Positions 1-9,245 of a stretch of DNA of 64,000 bases are shown one piece after another. The position numbers and the translations under genes were made by a program. This DNA is from an uncultured Alphaproteobacteria bacterium (GTDB taxonomy: Bacteria; Pseudomonadota; Alphaproteobacteria; Methylaequorales; Methylaequoraceae), in the NCBI GenBank assembly GCA_902590895.1, contig CACIYM010000001.1, positions 160,555-224,554 of the forward strand, given 5' to 3'. A model generated the notes under the pieces. That model did not search any database and was not told the origin of the DNA. It saw only the letters and a program-made list of their open reading frames with translations. The first letter of the stretch is position 1, and each line of letters begins with the position of its first letter.

Positions 1-1254
1 TAGCGTCCGTTCTTGCCGTACCGCCACCACCAAGTGTGTAACGCTGGTTGATCTCACCATCATCCTGACCAGTTGTAACTAAATGGTTAGAACCATATGA
101 GTAACCGACGTTTGTACCTTGACCGAAGTCATATGTACCTTGGATATAACCACCATAGAAGTGTCTAGCTTTACCTCTTTCATCAAGAGATCCAGAATAG
201 CCACCATTAAGGTTACCTTGGAACTGCATTCCAAGACCGTGGTTATAGAAACCTGAAGCAACAAGTTTGAAGCCTTGGAATGTTAATCTCGTACCGAAAC
301 CAACACCACCAACTTCAACTCCATCAGATTGATCATCGTCTACTGATACAGGAGCAACACCACTTGCGTAGCTTTGCAATCTATTTCTCAGTTGGTATAA
401 ACCTGTTTCAGCGGTTGTTCTTTCTAGGCTCTGGTATTGACCATCAACCCAAACATAACCACCTAGACCACCAAGTTCAAATGAGTAGTCTAACTGAGCC
501 TCAACTCTTGGATATTTAGTGTTTGTGGCATCAGCACCAGTGCTAGACTGGAGTGGAGTTGCCTGTAAAATACCAATTTTAGCTCCAATCGGTCCAAGAC
601 CTGGAGTTGTCCAAGTAATTTGTGGATACCAGTCAGCATATACGTAACCAACACCGATCCTACCTAAAGTAGTACCTGTAATGTTACCTGCAGCCACACC
701 AACACCAAATAGTGTCATATCATTTAAGATAGCGTTAGACTGGTGAATACCTAAACTTCTACCCATTAGAACAGAACCAAAAGATCCTGCAACTGTTAGA
801 GAAGTTTCACGGATGTTAATTACGTTTCCGTTTGCTGAGTTACCAGTTGCGTTCATGTGTGTGTATAGGCCTAAACGACCAGAAACATCTAAACCGTTTT
901 TAGTTGGAGCTTTTACAGTGAAACCCCAAACGTTTGGTAATAGACCAACAGAAATAGATGAAATATCTTGTCCACCTTCTCCTTGTCCAATCACACCACC
1001 GCGGTTTACGTTACCAGATACACCACCAAGAATAGTTGAAGCAGCAGTTTCACCACCAGTTGTATACTGGTTGTAGTAACCTAGCGTGTCCATATTTCCA
1101 GTAGAAGTATGGTTGTAGAAAGCGTTAGCGGCACCGTCAAAAGACACTTCCCAACCGTTATCACTCATAAGCAGAACTTTTGAGCTTACGTCAGTTGCGG
1201 AAAGAGCCATAACAGCAGGAATTGCAGCTAAAGCAATTTTTTTGTTAATATTCA
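1..1254 (-). CDS. Outer-membrane porin-like protein, 5' complete and 3' truncated by window edge
   Basis: The reverse strand from 1254 reads ATGAATATTAACAAAAAAATTGCTTTAGCTGCAATTCCTGCTGTTATGGCTCTTTCC, giving MNINKKIALAAIPAVMALSA (signal peptide). The frame stays open to position 1, so it is absent from the ORF track because no stop falls inside the window. The protein is glycine-rich with alternating hydrophobic/polar residues and Y/F/W-rich strands, typical of beta-barrel porins. Confidence 0.5.
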
Positions 1255-1358
1255 TATTATTTCCTTCCTTAAGTTAATTAAATAATATTTTACCATAATA
1301 TTAAAAAATATTTATTATTGAAGAAATAAATGGTTTTAATCGAGAATAAGCGAAATTT

Positions 1359-1376
1359 TGTTGTAAAATTACAACA
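1359..1376. promoter_or_regulatory. Perfect inverted repeat TGTTGTAA-AA-TTACAACA between tonB stop and OMP start
   Basis: Read directly from the sequence. The 8-bp arms are exact reverse complements. The site lies 5 bp past the tonB stop codon (minus strand) and about 105 bp upstream of the OMP start. Confidence 0.3.
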
Positions 1377-1381
1377 GAATT

Positions 1382-2125
1382 TTAATTCAAAATATAATTA
1401 ACTGGTATTTTAATCGAAAACGTATCTGTCTCATTAAAAATTAGTTTTGGTGGTTTTGGAAATTGATAACCTTTTAAAATTTGCTTTGTTTTTTCATAAA
1501 GCCTTTTTGGCCTTTTGTTTTCAAAATTTAGTTCTAAAAGATTTCCGTTTGAATTTAATATAATTATTGCAATAATTGTTCCTTGTTCACGTCGTTTGAT
1601 CGATTGAATTGGATACGATTTTATCGCAAGTTTATTTATTTCTTCAGATATTTTTATAAGAAAAGATTTTATTTCTTGATCAATCAGTAATTTTTTATTC
1701 TTATCATTTTGAAAAGTTTTTTTCTGTTCATAACTTTTTTCATTAATTTTTTGGTCATTTTCTTTTGCATTTTTTAAGTTTTTAGGTTCTACTTTTTTTT
1801 CTAACTCTTTAATTTGCTTTTCTGTTTCGGGAGGTTCTATAATTTTAACTTTTCTTTCTTTAATTGGAACTTTTTGTTCTAATTTTTTTTCAAAAATTTT
1901 TTTTTGAATAATTTTTTTTTCTGGTTTTGGAACATTTTTTGTTACTTGTTTTTTTACTTCAACTTTTTTTGGTTTAAACTCTTTATATGCGCTTAAATCA
2001 AGTACATAAATTTCATCTACTTTATTTATTTTTTGGATTTGGTAAAAAAAAACTACATGTACAAATATTGATATTAAAAAAGCAAATATAAGGTAATTAA
2101 ATTTTATCATTTTTATGCTTAACAT
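1382..2125 (-). CDS. tonB: TonB energy transducer
   Basis: N-terminal TM anchor (LIFAFLISIFVHVVFF), a long Lys/Glu/Pro-rich spacer (PKPEKK, EPPETEK), and a C-terminal TonB domain signature (YPIQSIKRREQGTIIAIIILNSNGNLLELNF). Lies downstream of exbB and exbD. Confidence 0.75.
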   Translation of the reverse strand: MLSIKMIKFNYLIFAFLISIFVHVVFFYQIQKINKVDEIYVLDLSAYKEFKPKKVEVKKQVTKNVPKPEKKIIQKKIFEKKLEQKVPIKERKVKIIEPPETEKQIKELEKKVEPKNLKNAKENDQKINEKSYEQKKTFQNDKNKKLLIDQEIKSFLIKISEEINKLAIKSYPIQSIKRREQGTIIAIIILNSNGNLLELNFENKRPKRLYEKTKQILKGYQFPKPPKLIFNETDTFSIKIPVNYILN

Positions 2126-2507
2126 TAATAAAAACTTTCTTTATTTCTTTCATCTTAAAAAGTTTTATCAATTCATTAAATTTTTTAATACTGGCTTCTT
2201 CGTCAATATTAATAATAATTTTACTATCATTCTCCAAAATATTTAATATGTCCTCTTTTTCTACTTCTCTGTTATTCCATATAAAAGAACCATCCTTTCT
2301 TACTGTGAGTGTTTCTTTTAACTCAATTTTTTTTTTCCCAAAAAATGATTCCGGTATGGTAATTTCAACCTCATCTTTTTTTTGAATAACACCTGTTAAG
2401 AGAAAAAAAATCAGTAGTAAAAAAATTAAATTAATCATAGGAATTAAATTAATTGAGTCATTAAACTCTTTTTTTTTATTATTTTTTCTCAGACGGATCA
2501 TTTGCAA
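2097..2507 (-). CDS. exbD: ExbD/TolR family biopolymer transport protein (second copy)
   Basis: The N-terminus INLIPMINLIFLLLIFFLLTG matches the ExbD/TolR single-TM signature. Size is 136 aa. The first ATG overlaps the upstream gene by 29 nt; internal Met codons at 2501 and 2438 are alternative starts. Confidence 0.75.
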   Translation of the reverse strand: MQMIRLRKNNKKKEFNDSINLIPMINLIFLLLIFFLLTGVIQKKDEVEITIPESFFGKKKIELKETLTVRKDGSFIWNNREVEKEDILNILENDSKIIINIDEEASIKKFNELIKLFKMKEIKKVFINVKHKNDKI

Positions 2508-2871
2508 AAGTTACGTTTTTAATTTTATTTTTTTTTAAAATATCTAAAATATATATCAATGTTTTAATCTCAGAAGATTTGTCATTTAAAATAACAAAGT
2601 TTTTAGAATTTTCTTTGTTCCAGATTTTAAGTAATTGATCTTCAAGAGATATTTTTTCAATTTTTTTGTTTTCAAAAACATATTCATTTTTCTGAATTTT
2701 TATTACTGTTGTTTCTTTAAGTTCAGAATTTTCTGAAATATTCTTTTCAATTGAAAACTCCATGTCTCTTTTTTCGTAAAAATTTGTTGCAAGCATGAAA
2801 AAGACAAGCATTAAAAAAATTATGTCTATTAGAGGTATAATGTTTATTTTAATTTTTTTTTTTTCTAACAC
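2479..2871 (-). CDS. exbD: ExbD/TolR family biopolymer transport protein (first copy)
   Basis: The motif NIIPLIDIIFLMLVFFML matches the ExbD/TolR signature. Size is 130 aa. Confidence 0.75.
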   Translation of the reverse strand: MLEKKKIKINIIPLIDIIFLMLVFFMLATNFYEKRDMEFSIEKNISENSELKETTVIKIQKNEYVFENKKIEKISLEDQLLKIWNKENSKNFVILNDKSSEIKTLIYILDILKKNKIKNVTFANDPSEKK

Positions 2872-2879
2872 TTATTGAA

Positions 2880-3473
2880 CTAAGAAATGTTTATTAATTT
2901 ATGAGCTAATTCTTCTGTACTTTTATGTTTGATTAAAATATTTCTATCAAAGAAGTAGTGACTAATTAATGCTGGAATAGCCACAATTAGTCCCATCGCA
3001 GTTGTGAGTAAAGCTGTCCAGATACCACCAGCTAAAATTGATGGGTCAACCAAGCTTCCACCTAACTCTAATTCATTGAAGGAATCGATCATTCCTATAA
3101 CGGTTCCAAGCAATCCTATCAAAGGACTTACTTGTCCAATTATTTCTAAAGTTGGCATAAATCTATTCAATTTTTCGGTTTCTTTTTCTATTAAAATTAA
3201 GATTTGGTCGTGTTGATTATCTGTTTTTTTTTTAATAACATTTACAATTTCTTTAAAAAAATTGTTGTCTTTAAGATGCTCTAGATTTTTTTCAAACTGG
3301 GTAATTGAACTGCTATTATTAATAAGGTAATTAATTTTTTTAAAATCGTTTTTTTTAAATAAATATAACTCAAAGAATTTATATATGATTAATGTTAAAC
3401 CAATCGCTGACATCACCAGGAGTATGGAAAATATTAAACCACCTTTTTCAATATAACTTCCTAATTCAACCAT
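2880..3473 (-). CDS. exbB: ExbB/TolQ/MotA family proton channel
   Basis: MotA/TolQ/ExbB signature around GGIWTALLTTAMGLIVAIPALISHYFF, with three predicted TM segments. Size is 197 aa. Confidence 0.8.
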   Translation of the reverse strand: MVELGSYIEKGGLIFSILLVMSAIGLTLIIYKFFELYLFKKNDFKKINYLINNSSSITQFEKNLEHLKDNNFFKEIVNVIKKKTDNQHDQILILIEKETEKLNRFMPTLEIIGQVSPLIGLLGTVIGMIDSFNELELGGSLVDPSILAGGIWTALLTTAMGLIVAIPALISHYFFDRNILIKHKSTEELAHKLINIS

Positions 3474-3493
3474 CGTTCAATTCTGACATCTAC

Positions 3494-4276
3494 TTATAAC
3501 AACCCGTTTAACAAATTAGGGTATTTTTTTGTCAAATCACAATACTCTTTATTAACTAAATCGTTATCTATGCTCAGTGGATTTCTTTTGGACTTTACTT
3601 TATAATCGAATACGACTGTTCCAGGATTTTTTGAAAAAAAAAGTACTCTATCACCAAGTAAAATTGCCTCTTTTAGAACATGAGTAATCAAAATAATTGT
3701 AGTTGGATTTTTTTTCCAGTAATTAACTAACACTTCGTAAAGGTTTTCTGCTGTGGGCTGGTCTAATGAAACAAATGGTTCATCCATGAGAAGAACTTTT
3801 GGATTATTAATAAAAGCTCTAGCCAATGAAACCCTTCTTCTCATCCCACCAGATATTGATTTAGGATAATAATTAATAAAGTCTTTAAGTCCGAAATTTT
3901 CAAGAATTTCATCTATTCTTTCGTCGTTTAAGGGCTTGCCATCGCACACTAATGCAACATTTTCCTTAACAGTTAACCAAGGTAGCAACCTTGATGTTTG
4001 AAAAACATAACCAAATTTTTCATCAAAGCTTTGTTTATTATCATTAAATTCAATGATTTGGTCTTCGGTTTTAATTAGACCTCCAATCATATTCATAAGA
4101 GTAGTTTTTCCACATCCAGATGGACCAACTATACAAACAAACTCTTTGGATTTAATGTTAATGTCTATATCTTTAAGAACTTTTATTCGACTGTTATTGT
4201 GCTTATTGAGAAAAGATTTTTCTTCGATTTTAATTGCAAAATTCATTTTACTTCCAAACTGATATTTTTCTTTCAA
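3494..4276 (-). CDS. ABC transporter ATP-binding protein (NitT/TauT family, TauB/SsuB-like)
   Basis: Walker A GPSGCGKTT, ABC signature LSGGMRRRVSLARAF and Walker B LLMDEPFVSLD. Overlaps the permease by 29 nt; the true start may be the MNFAIKIEE Met at 4246. Confidence 0.85.
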   Translation of the reverse strand: MKEKYQFGSKMNFAIKIEEKSFLNKHNNSRIKVLKDIDINIKSKEFVCIVGPSGCGKTTLMNMIGGLIKTEDQIIEFNDNKQSFDEKFGYVFQTSRLLPWLTVKENVALVCDGKPLNDERIDEILENFGLKDFINYYPKSISGGMRRRVSLARAFINNPKVLLMDEPFVSLDQPTAENLYEVLVNYWKKNPTTIILITHVLKEAILLGDRVLFFSKNPGTVVFDYKVKSKRNPLSIDNDLVNKEYCDLTKKYPNLLNGLL

Positions 4277-4997
4277 AGGGTCTAATTAATATAAATTCTA
4301 CAAAAATAATTAATATAACAAATGCTAGTGTATATGCTAGAATTCCAGAAATGTCAAAAAATTGAAAAAAACCATACAGTTTAAATCCGACCCCATTGCT
4401 TCTTCCTAATAATTCGACAACTAAAACAATTTTCCAAATAAGTGACAAACCAGATCTTGCTGATGATAATAAATACGGATACAGTTGGGGAAGTATGACT
4501 TTGAAAAACATTTTACCCTTACTAATTTTATAAAACCTAGCTACATCTAAATAGTCTTGCTCAATAGCTCTAGAACCTTCTCTCATTATGACTGCAACCA
4601 TTGGAATTTTATTGAGTGAAACAGCTAATATCGCTGCCAACTCATTTAAACCAAACCATACATAACACAGTATTATTATTACCAAGGCTGGTACATTAAG
4701 CCCTAACACTAACCAATCATCTAACGCAACATTAGCTTTTTCATTTCTTCCCATATATATACCAAAAAATGTTCCGACAAGCATCGCTATGATAAATGAT
4801 ATGGTTACTCTTTTGAGAGTGATTAGAGTATGAAAAAAAAGTTCCGAGCTTTGTGCCTCCTCTACTATTTTTTTTGAAACATCAGACGGCCCGGGTAAAA
4901 GGTCTATATCTACAAACATGCTTGAAATATGCCATATTAAAAAGAACGTAATTATGGATGCAATTCTTAAGATTGCGTTTGTCTTCAATAAGTTCAT
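4248..4997 (-). CDS. ABC transporter permease (NitT/TauT family)
   Basis: About 6 predicted TM segments with the EAA-like loop typical of TauC/SsuC-type permeases. Lies between the binding protein and the ATPase on the same strand. Confidence 0.8.
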   Translation of the reverse strand: MNLLKTNAILRIASIITFFLIWHISSMFVDIDLLPGPSDVSKKIVEEAQSSELFFHTLITLKRVTISFIIAMLVGTFFGIYMGRNEKANVALDDWLVLGLNVPALVIIILCYVWFGLNELAAILAVSLNKIPMVAVIMREGSRAIEQDYLDVARFYKISKGKMFFKVILPQLYPYLLSSARSGLSLIWKIVLVVELLGRSNGVGFKLYGFFQFFDISGILAYTLAFVILIIFVEFILIRPFERKISVWK

Positions 4998-5000
4998 TGA

Positions 5001-5960
5001 TTAATTTCTCCAGAAAGTCCCTGGTGATAACTCAGTTGCTTTTCCAACTAACTCTTTTCCACCAATTTTTGAAAGTATGGAGTAAAGCTTTTTTGATCCC
5101 TCTAGTTGACTTTTGGAAAATTCTCCTCTTGGTATTCCTTCTCTGTAAATATCTCTGAGATTTACAAATAATTTATCATTACTTGCATTCATAAATGGAC
5201 GAACATCATTCCATATATCGTCAGATTCAAGCATAAGTTGTTTTGCTTCATCGGAGGCTTTCAGAAAGTTCTTGAAAATTTCAGTTGATTTTTCACCCCA
5301 CTTTTCCTTGAAAACCCAACCGATTACCGGCATGCCACTCGGGATACCTAGTTCAGAAAGTATGTCCTTGATGTCTATTATTTTTTCAAAATTTTCATCG
5401 GTTAAAAGCTTTGCCTGATAGGGCCAGTAGGTTAAAATTGCATCGAAGCTTTTTTGTTTAATTTTCTTATTTAAAAGAGGCGGTGCACCAAAGATCGGTT
5501 TACTTAGTTTTATAAGGTCTTCACCATATTTTTTTTTGTAAAATGCTCTAAATATCAACCATCCTTTATCTACTTGTCCTCCGGCTATTCCTATTTTTTT
5601 ATCTTTTAAATCTATATCATTAACAATATTTGAATCTTTTGGTGCTATCAACCCCCCAGCAGCCATTGAATGGGGAACAAAACTAAATAGTCTACCTTCG
5701 CTTCTCTGCCTTGAAACCCAAAACCAGTCAGTGACAATTAGATCGACAGCCCCACCTTGTAGTGCAACGGCCGCAGCATTTTTACTCGCTAACTCTACTA
5801 TTTCTAAGTTAAAATTATTTTTTTTGTCGAGTTCAAGTTCTTTGATAAGTTTTAATTCCCAATTAACACTACCATACTGAAGAGAACCAATCTTAATCGT
5901 TTCAGCCTCTAACCTGAAGGAGAGCAAAAAACCAATAAGGAAATAAATTACAACTTTCAT
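5001..5960 (-). CDS. Periplasmic substrate-binding protein, NMT1/THI5-like (NitT/TauT family)
   Basis: Signal peptide MKVVIYFLIGFLLSFRLEA. Size and composition fit the aliphatic sulfonate/taurine/HMP-type binding proteins. It is the first gene of a same-strand SBP-permease-ATPase unit. Confidence 0.65.
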   Translation of the reverse strand: MKVVIYFLIGFLLSFRLEAETIKIGSLQYGSVNWELKLIKELELDKKNNFNLEIVELASKNAAAVALQGGAVDLIVTDWFWVSRQRSEGRLFSFVPHSMAAGGLIAPKDSNIVNDIDLKDKKIGIAGGQVDKGWLIFRAFYKKKYGEDLIKLSKPIFGAPPLLNKKIKQKSFDAILTYWPYQAKLLTDENFEKIIDIKDILSELGIPSGMPVIGWVFKEKWGEKSTEIFKNFLKASDEAKQLMLESDDIWNDVRPFMNASNDKLFVNLRDIYREGIPRGEFSKSQLEGSKKLYSILSKIGGKELVGKATELSPGTFWRN

Positions 5961-6052
5961 TTTTTTTCAACAACAATAATCATTTTAGATTACTATATAT
6001 TTGTTATCAATAATTTCATATATATTTATACTTTAATAAAAAATATTAATCT

Positions 6053-6289
6053 ATGTTAAAAAAACAAGTAAAATTAGATCTTATTGGTTTAAAATGTCCA
6101 GTTCCAGTTTTAAAGTTAGCAAAAAAAATTAGAGAAATTAATATAGGCAATATTTTAAAAGTTGAAGTTGATGACCCTAAAGCCGATAATGACTTTGAGG
6201 AGTTAGCAAAAAATATTAATATCAAAATTTTAAAAAAAGAAAAAAAAAATAATATATTTGTTTTTCTAATAGAAAAGATAAAAAAATGA
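6053..6289 (+). CDS. TusA-like sulfurtransferase family protein
   Basis: The motif GLKCPVPVL carries the CPxP signature of the TusA/SirA family. Size is 78 aa. Its stop overlaps the xseB start (ATGA). Confidence 0.6.
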   Translation: MLKKQVKLDLIGLKCPVPVLKLAKKIREINIGNILKVEVDDPKADNDFEELAKNINIKILKKEKKNNIFVFLIEKIKK

Positions 6290-6504
6290 AAAATTTAAAG
6301 TTGGTTGATATCGAAAAAATGAGCTTTGAAGAAGCTTTTAATGAGTTAAATAAAATAGTAGATTTTATCGAAAGCACTGATGTAAGCTTAGATGATTCAA
6401 TAATGGTCTACGAAACAGGTATTCAGTTAAAAAAACACTGTGAAAAAAAATTAAAAGACGCAGAAGTAAAAATTAAAAAAGTAGTCGAAAATAAAATAGA
6501 ATAA
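6286..6504 (+). CDS. xseB: Exodeoxyribonuclease VII small subunit
   Basis: 72 aa, with the SFEEAFNEL..IV..ES..VSLDDS..VYETG..L...CEKKL pattern of XseB. Sits in the conserved position upstream of ispA. Confidence 0.75.
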   Translation: MKNLKLVDIEKMSFEEAFNELNKIVDFIESTDVSLDDSIMVYETGIQLKKHCEKKLKDAEVKIKKVVENKIE

Positions 6505-6509
6505 GATCA

Positions 6510-7403
6510 ATGAAAAGTAAAAATCATATTGATAATTTGATTTCCTCTTTTTCAAAGAATTTTGACAAAAAATTAGTTGATTTAATTCCAAAAAAAAAAA
6601 TTAGCTCTAAGCATTTATATAATGCAATGAAATATATCATTGATGTTGGTGGGAAGAGACTGAGACCAATATTTTTAACGGAAATATCAAATCTATTAGG
6701 AGTAAAAAAAGAAAATTCTTTCAGGACAGCAGCTAGTGTAGAGTTAATTCATTGTTACTCGTTGGTACATGATGACCTTCCATCAATGGATAATGATGAT
6801 TTAAGAAGAGGGCATAAGACATGTCATAAAAAATTTGATGAAGCTACAGCAATTCTCGTTGGTGATGCTTTACAATCTCTAGCATTTGAAATTTTAGCAA
6901 ATCATAAAACACATAAAGATTCCAAAAAAAGAATAATGCTAATAAACGAACTATCTAAATCAGCTGGTTGTGAAGGTATGGTTGGGGGGCAGATGCTAGA
7001 TTTAGAAGCAGAAAAGAAAAAACTTAATTTAAAAGAAATTTATAATTTACAAAGACTTAAAACAGGTGAATTATTTAGATTTTCTTGTGTTTCACCTTGT
7101 ATATTAGCCGGAAAAAATAATAAAATAAAAATGTTTGAAAATTTTTCATCGAATTTAGGACTTGCCTTTCAAATTAAAGATGATCTTTTGGATATAGAAG
7201 GTAATGAAAAGGAAATTGGAAAAAAAACGCGAAAAGATTCTAGAAAAGGTAAAGAGACTTTAATCTCACTTCTTGGCAAAGAAAAGGCTAGAAAAAAATC
7301 AGAAGAATTGATATCAAGTTCACTAGAAATTCTTAAAAAGTTTGGTAAAGATGCAGAAAATCTAATTGACCTAACTAATTTTATAATATCAAGAAAAAAA
7401 TGA
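6510..7403 (+). CDS. ispA: Polyprenyl (farnesyl/geranyl) diphosphate synthase
   Basis: GGKRLRP, first aspartate-rich motif LIHCYSLVHDDLPSMDNDDLRRG, and second motif region GQMLDL/KTGELF. 297 aa. Confidence 0.85.
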   Translation: MKSKNHIDNLISSFSKNFDKKLVDLIPKKKISSKHLYNAMKYIIDVGGKRLRPIFLTEISNLLGVKKENSFRTAASVELIHCYSLVHDDLPSMDNDDLRRGHKTCHKKFDEATAILVGDALQSLAFEILANHKTHKDSKKRIMLINELSKSAGCEGMVGGQMLDLEAEKKKLNLKEIYNLQRLKTGELFRFSCVSPCILAGKNNKIKMFENFSSNLGLAFQIKDDLLDIEGNEKEIGKKTRKDSRKGKETLISLLGKEKARKKSEELISSSLEILKKFGKDAENLIDLTNFIISRKK

Positions 7404-8176
7404 CTTCTAACATTGAAAACGAATTTTTTATAAATAAGTTCAAAAATAGAAGACTCGATTCTCTTCTTGTTGATAAAAAGCTAGTGCCTTCACGAAAAGA
7501 GGCTGTTTCTCTTATTATGACAGGAGGTGTATTTGTAGAGGAGAAGAAGGTAGATAAGCCAGGTAAAATAATAAAATTAAACCAGAAAATATCATTAAAA
7601 AAATATAAAAAAGATTGGGTATCAAGGGGTGGTTATAAACTAGATGCAGTCCTGAAAAGATTTAAGTTAGATGTTAAGAATAAAGTTTGCATGGATATTG
7701 GCTGCTCATCAGGTGGGTTCTCCGATGTACTAATAAAAGGAAATGTTAAAAGAATTTACGCAATTGATGTTGGATACGGTCAATTTGACTGGAAACTAAG
7801 AAAAAAAAAGGAAATTATTTTATTAGAAAAAACTAACGCAAGATATCTTACAAAAAAAATGATAACTGAAGAAATAGATCTTATTGTTTGTGATGTTAGC
7901 TTTATATCTGCAAAAAAAGTTTTAGAGCCTAATAAAAAATTTCTGGGTAAAAAGTTTGAAATTATTGTTTTGTTGAAACCACAGTTTGAGGTCGGCAGAA
8001 AGAATGTGGGAAAAGGTGGGATTGTGAAAAATTTTAAAATTCACGAGGATTTATGTGAAAATTTTGAAAATTGGATAAAAAGTACTTTTGAGCCAAATTT
8101 TTGTAAATTCATCGAGAGTCCTATAAAAGGTCAAAAAGGTAATAAGGAGTTTCTATTTTATTTTGGTGACTTGTAA
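7400..8176 (+). CDS. tlyA: TlyA family rRNA (cytidine-2'-O)-methyltransferase
   Basis: N-terminal S4-like RLDSLLV..KLVPSRKEA, then FtsJ-like MTase motifs WVSRGGYKL and CMDIGCSSGGFSDVL. Overlaps ispA by 4 nt. Confidence 0.8.
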   Translation: MTSNIENEFFINKFKNRRLDSLLVDKKLVPSRKEAVSLIMTGGVFVEEKKVDKPGKIIKLNQKISLKKYKKDWVSRGGYKLDAVLKRFKLDVKNKVCMDIGCSSGGFSDVLIKGNVKRIYAIDVGYGQFDWKLRKKKEIILLEKTNARYLTKKMITEEIDLIVCDVSFISAKKVLEPNKKFLGKKFEIIVLLKPQFEVGRKNVGKGGIVKNFKIHEDLCENFENWIKSTFEPNFCKFIESPIKGQKGNKEFLFYFGDL

Positions 8177-9244
8177 TTATTTGTTTTTTTTTTGAATAAG
8201 TTTTAAATCCGCTAAAACCAAAGCCACCATTGCTTCTCCTATTGGTACGGCTCTGATACCGACGCATGGGTCATGCCTGCCTTTTGTTTTTATCTTCGTA
8301 TTTTTACCATGAATGTCAATAGTGCCTCTTTCAATTAAGATAGAGCTAGTCGGTTTTACTACAAATCTGATAACCAGATCTTGACCAGAAGTTATGCCAC
8401 CTAATGTTCCTCCTGCATTATTTGACTTAAATGAAGTTTTTTTTTTTTTGGCTAAAATTTGATCAGAATTTTCTTCACCTCTTAATTCAGCACTTTCAAA
8501 TCCTGCGCCAATTTCAATACCCTTTACGGCTGGTATACTCATAATACCATATGCCAACAATGCATCTACTTTATCAAAAACAGGTTCGCCAAGACCAATA
8601 TCAATCCCTGACACGTTTATTTCGATTACTGCTCCCACTGACGACCCTTCTTTCCTAATGGAATTAATGTAGTTTTCCCATTTTTTTAATTGAGTTTTAT
8701 CTGGACAAAAAAAATCATTTTTTGGTATTTGTTTCCAGTCCCAGTTTTTTCGACTTATTTTTTCTTTTCCAATTTGTATTAATGCACCTCTAATTTTAAC
8801 TTTATTCCCAAGAATTTTCCTCGCAATAGCACTTGCCGCTACCCTAGCTGCTGTTTCTCTTGCTGATGCTCTTCCTCCGCCCCTGTAATCCCTAAAGCCA
8901 TATTTCATTTGATATGTATAATCAGCGTGACCAGGACGAAACTTATTTTTTATATCCGCATAGTCTTTAGATTTTACATCATTATTTCTGATCAGAAGTG
9001 AAATGGGCGTACCTGTTGTTTTACCTTCAAATACTCCGGAAAGAATCTCAACTTTATCATCTTCCTTTCTTTGTGTTGTATATTTTGATTGCCCTGGTTT
9101 TCTTTTGTCCAAGAACGATTGAATATATTTTTCATCTAATTTAATATCTGCAGGCACTCCATCAATTATACACCCCAGGCCGGACCCATGACTTTCTCCC
9201 CATGTGGTTACCTTAAAAATTTTACCAAAAGTATTTCCTGTCAT
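8177..9244 (-). CDS. aroC: Chorismate synthase
   Basis: [16 protein letters not shown]-terminal signature and overall AroC-like sequence. 355 aa. Confidence 0.9.
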   Translation of the reverse strand: MTGNTFGKIFKVTTWGESHGSGLGCIIDGVPADIKLDEKYIQSFLDKRKPGQSKYTTQRKEDDKVEILSGVFEGKTTGTPISLLIRNNDVKSKDYADIKNKFRPGHADYTYQMKYGFRDYRGGGRASARETAARVAASAIARKILGNKVKIRGALIQIGKEKISRKNWDWKQIPKNDFFCPDKTQLKKWENYINSIRKEGSSVGAVIEINVSGIDIGLGEPVFDKVDALLAYGIMSIPAVKGIEIGAGFESAELRGEENSDQILAKKKKTSFKSNNAGGTLGGITSGQDLVIRFVVKPTSSILIERGTIDIHGKNTKIKTKGRHDPCVGIRAVPIGEAMVALVLADLKLIQKKNK

Positions 9245-9245
9245 C

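Noticed and set aside
79-1076. Track ORFs 79..264(-), 280..519(+), 813..1076(+) at the window start
   Set aside because: They lie inside or antisense to the long open minus-strand frame that starts at 1254 (signal peptide MNINKKIALAAIPAVMALSA). They are low-complexity translations of the porin-like gene's other frames.
1382-3473. Alternative reading of exbB-exbD-exbD-tonB as tolQ-tolR-tolA
   Set aside because: There are two ExbD paralogues. The last protein carries a C-terminal TonB-domain-like signature (YP...S...REQGTI...). No tolB or pal follows; the next gene is a porin-like OMP.
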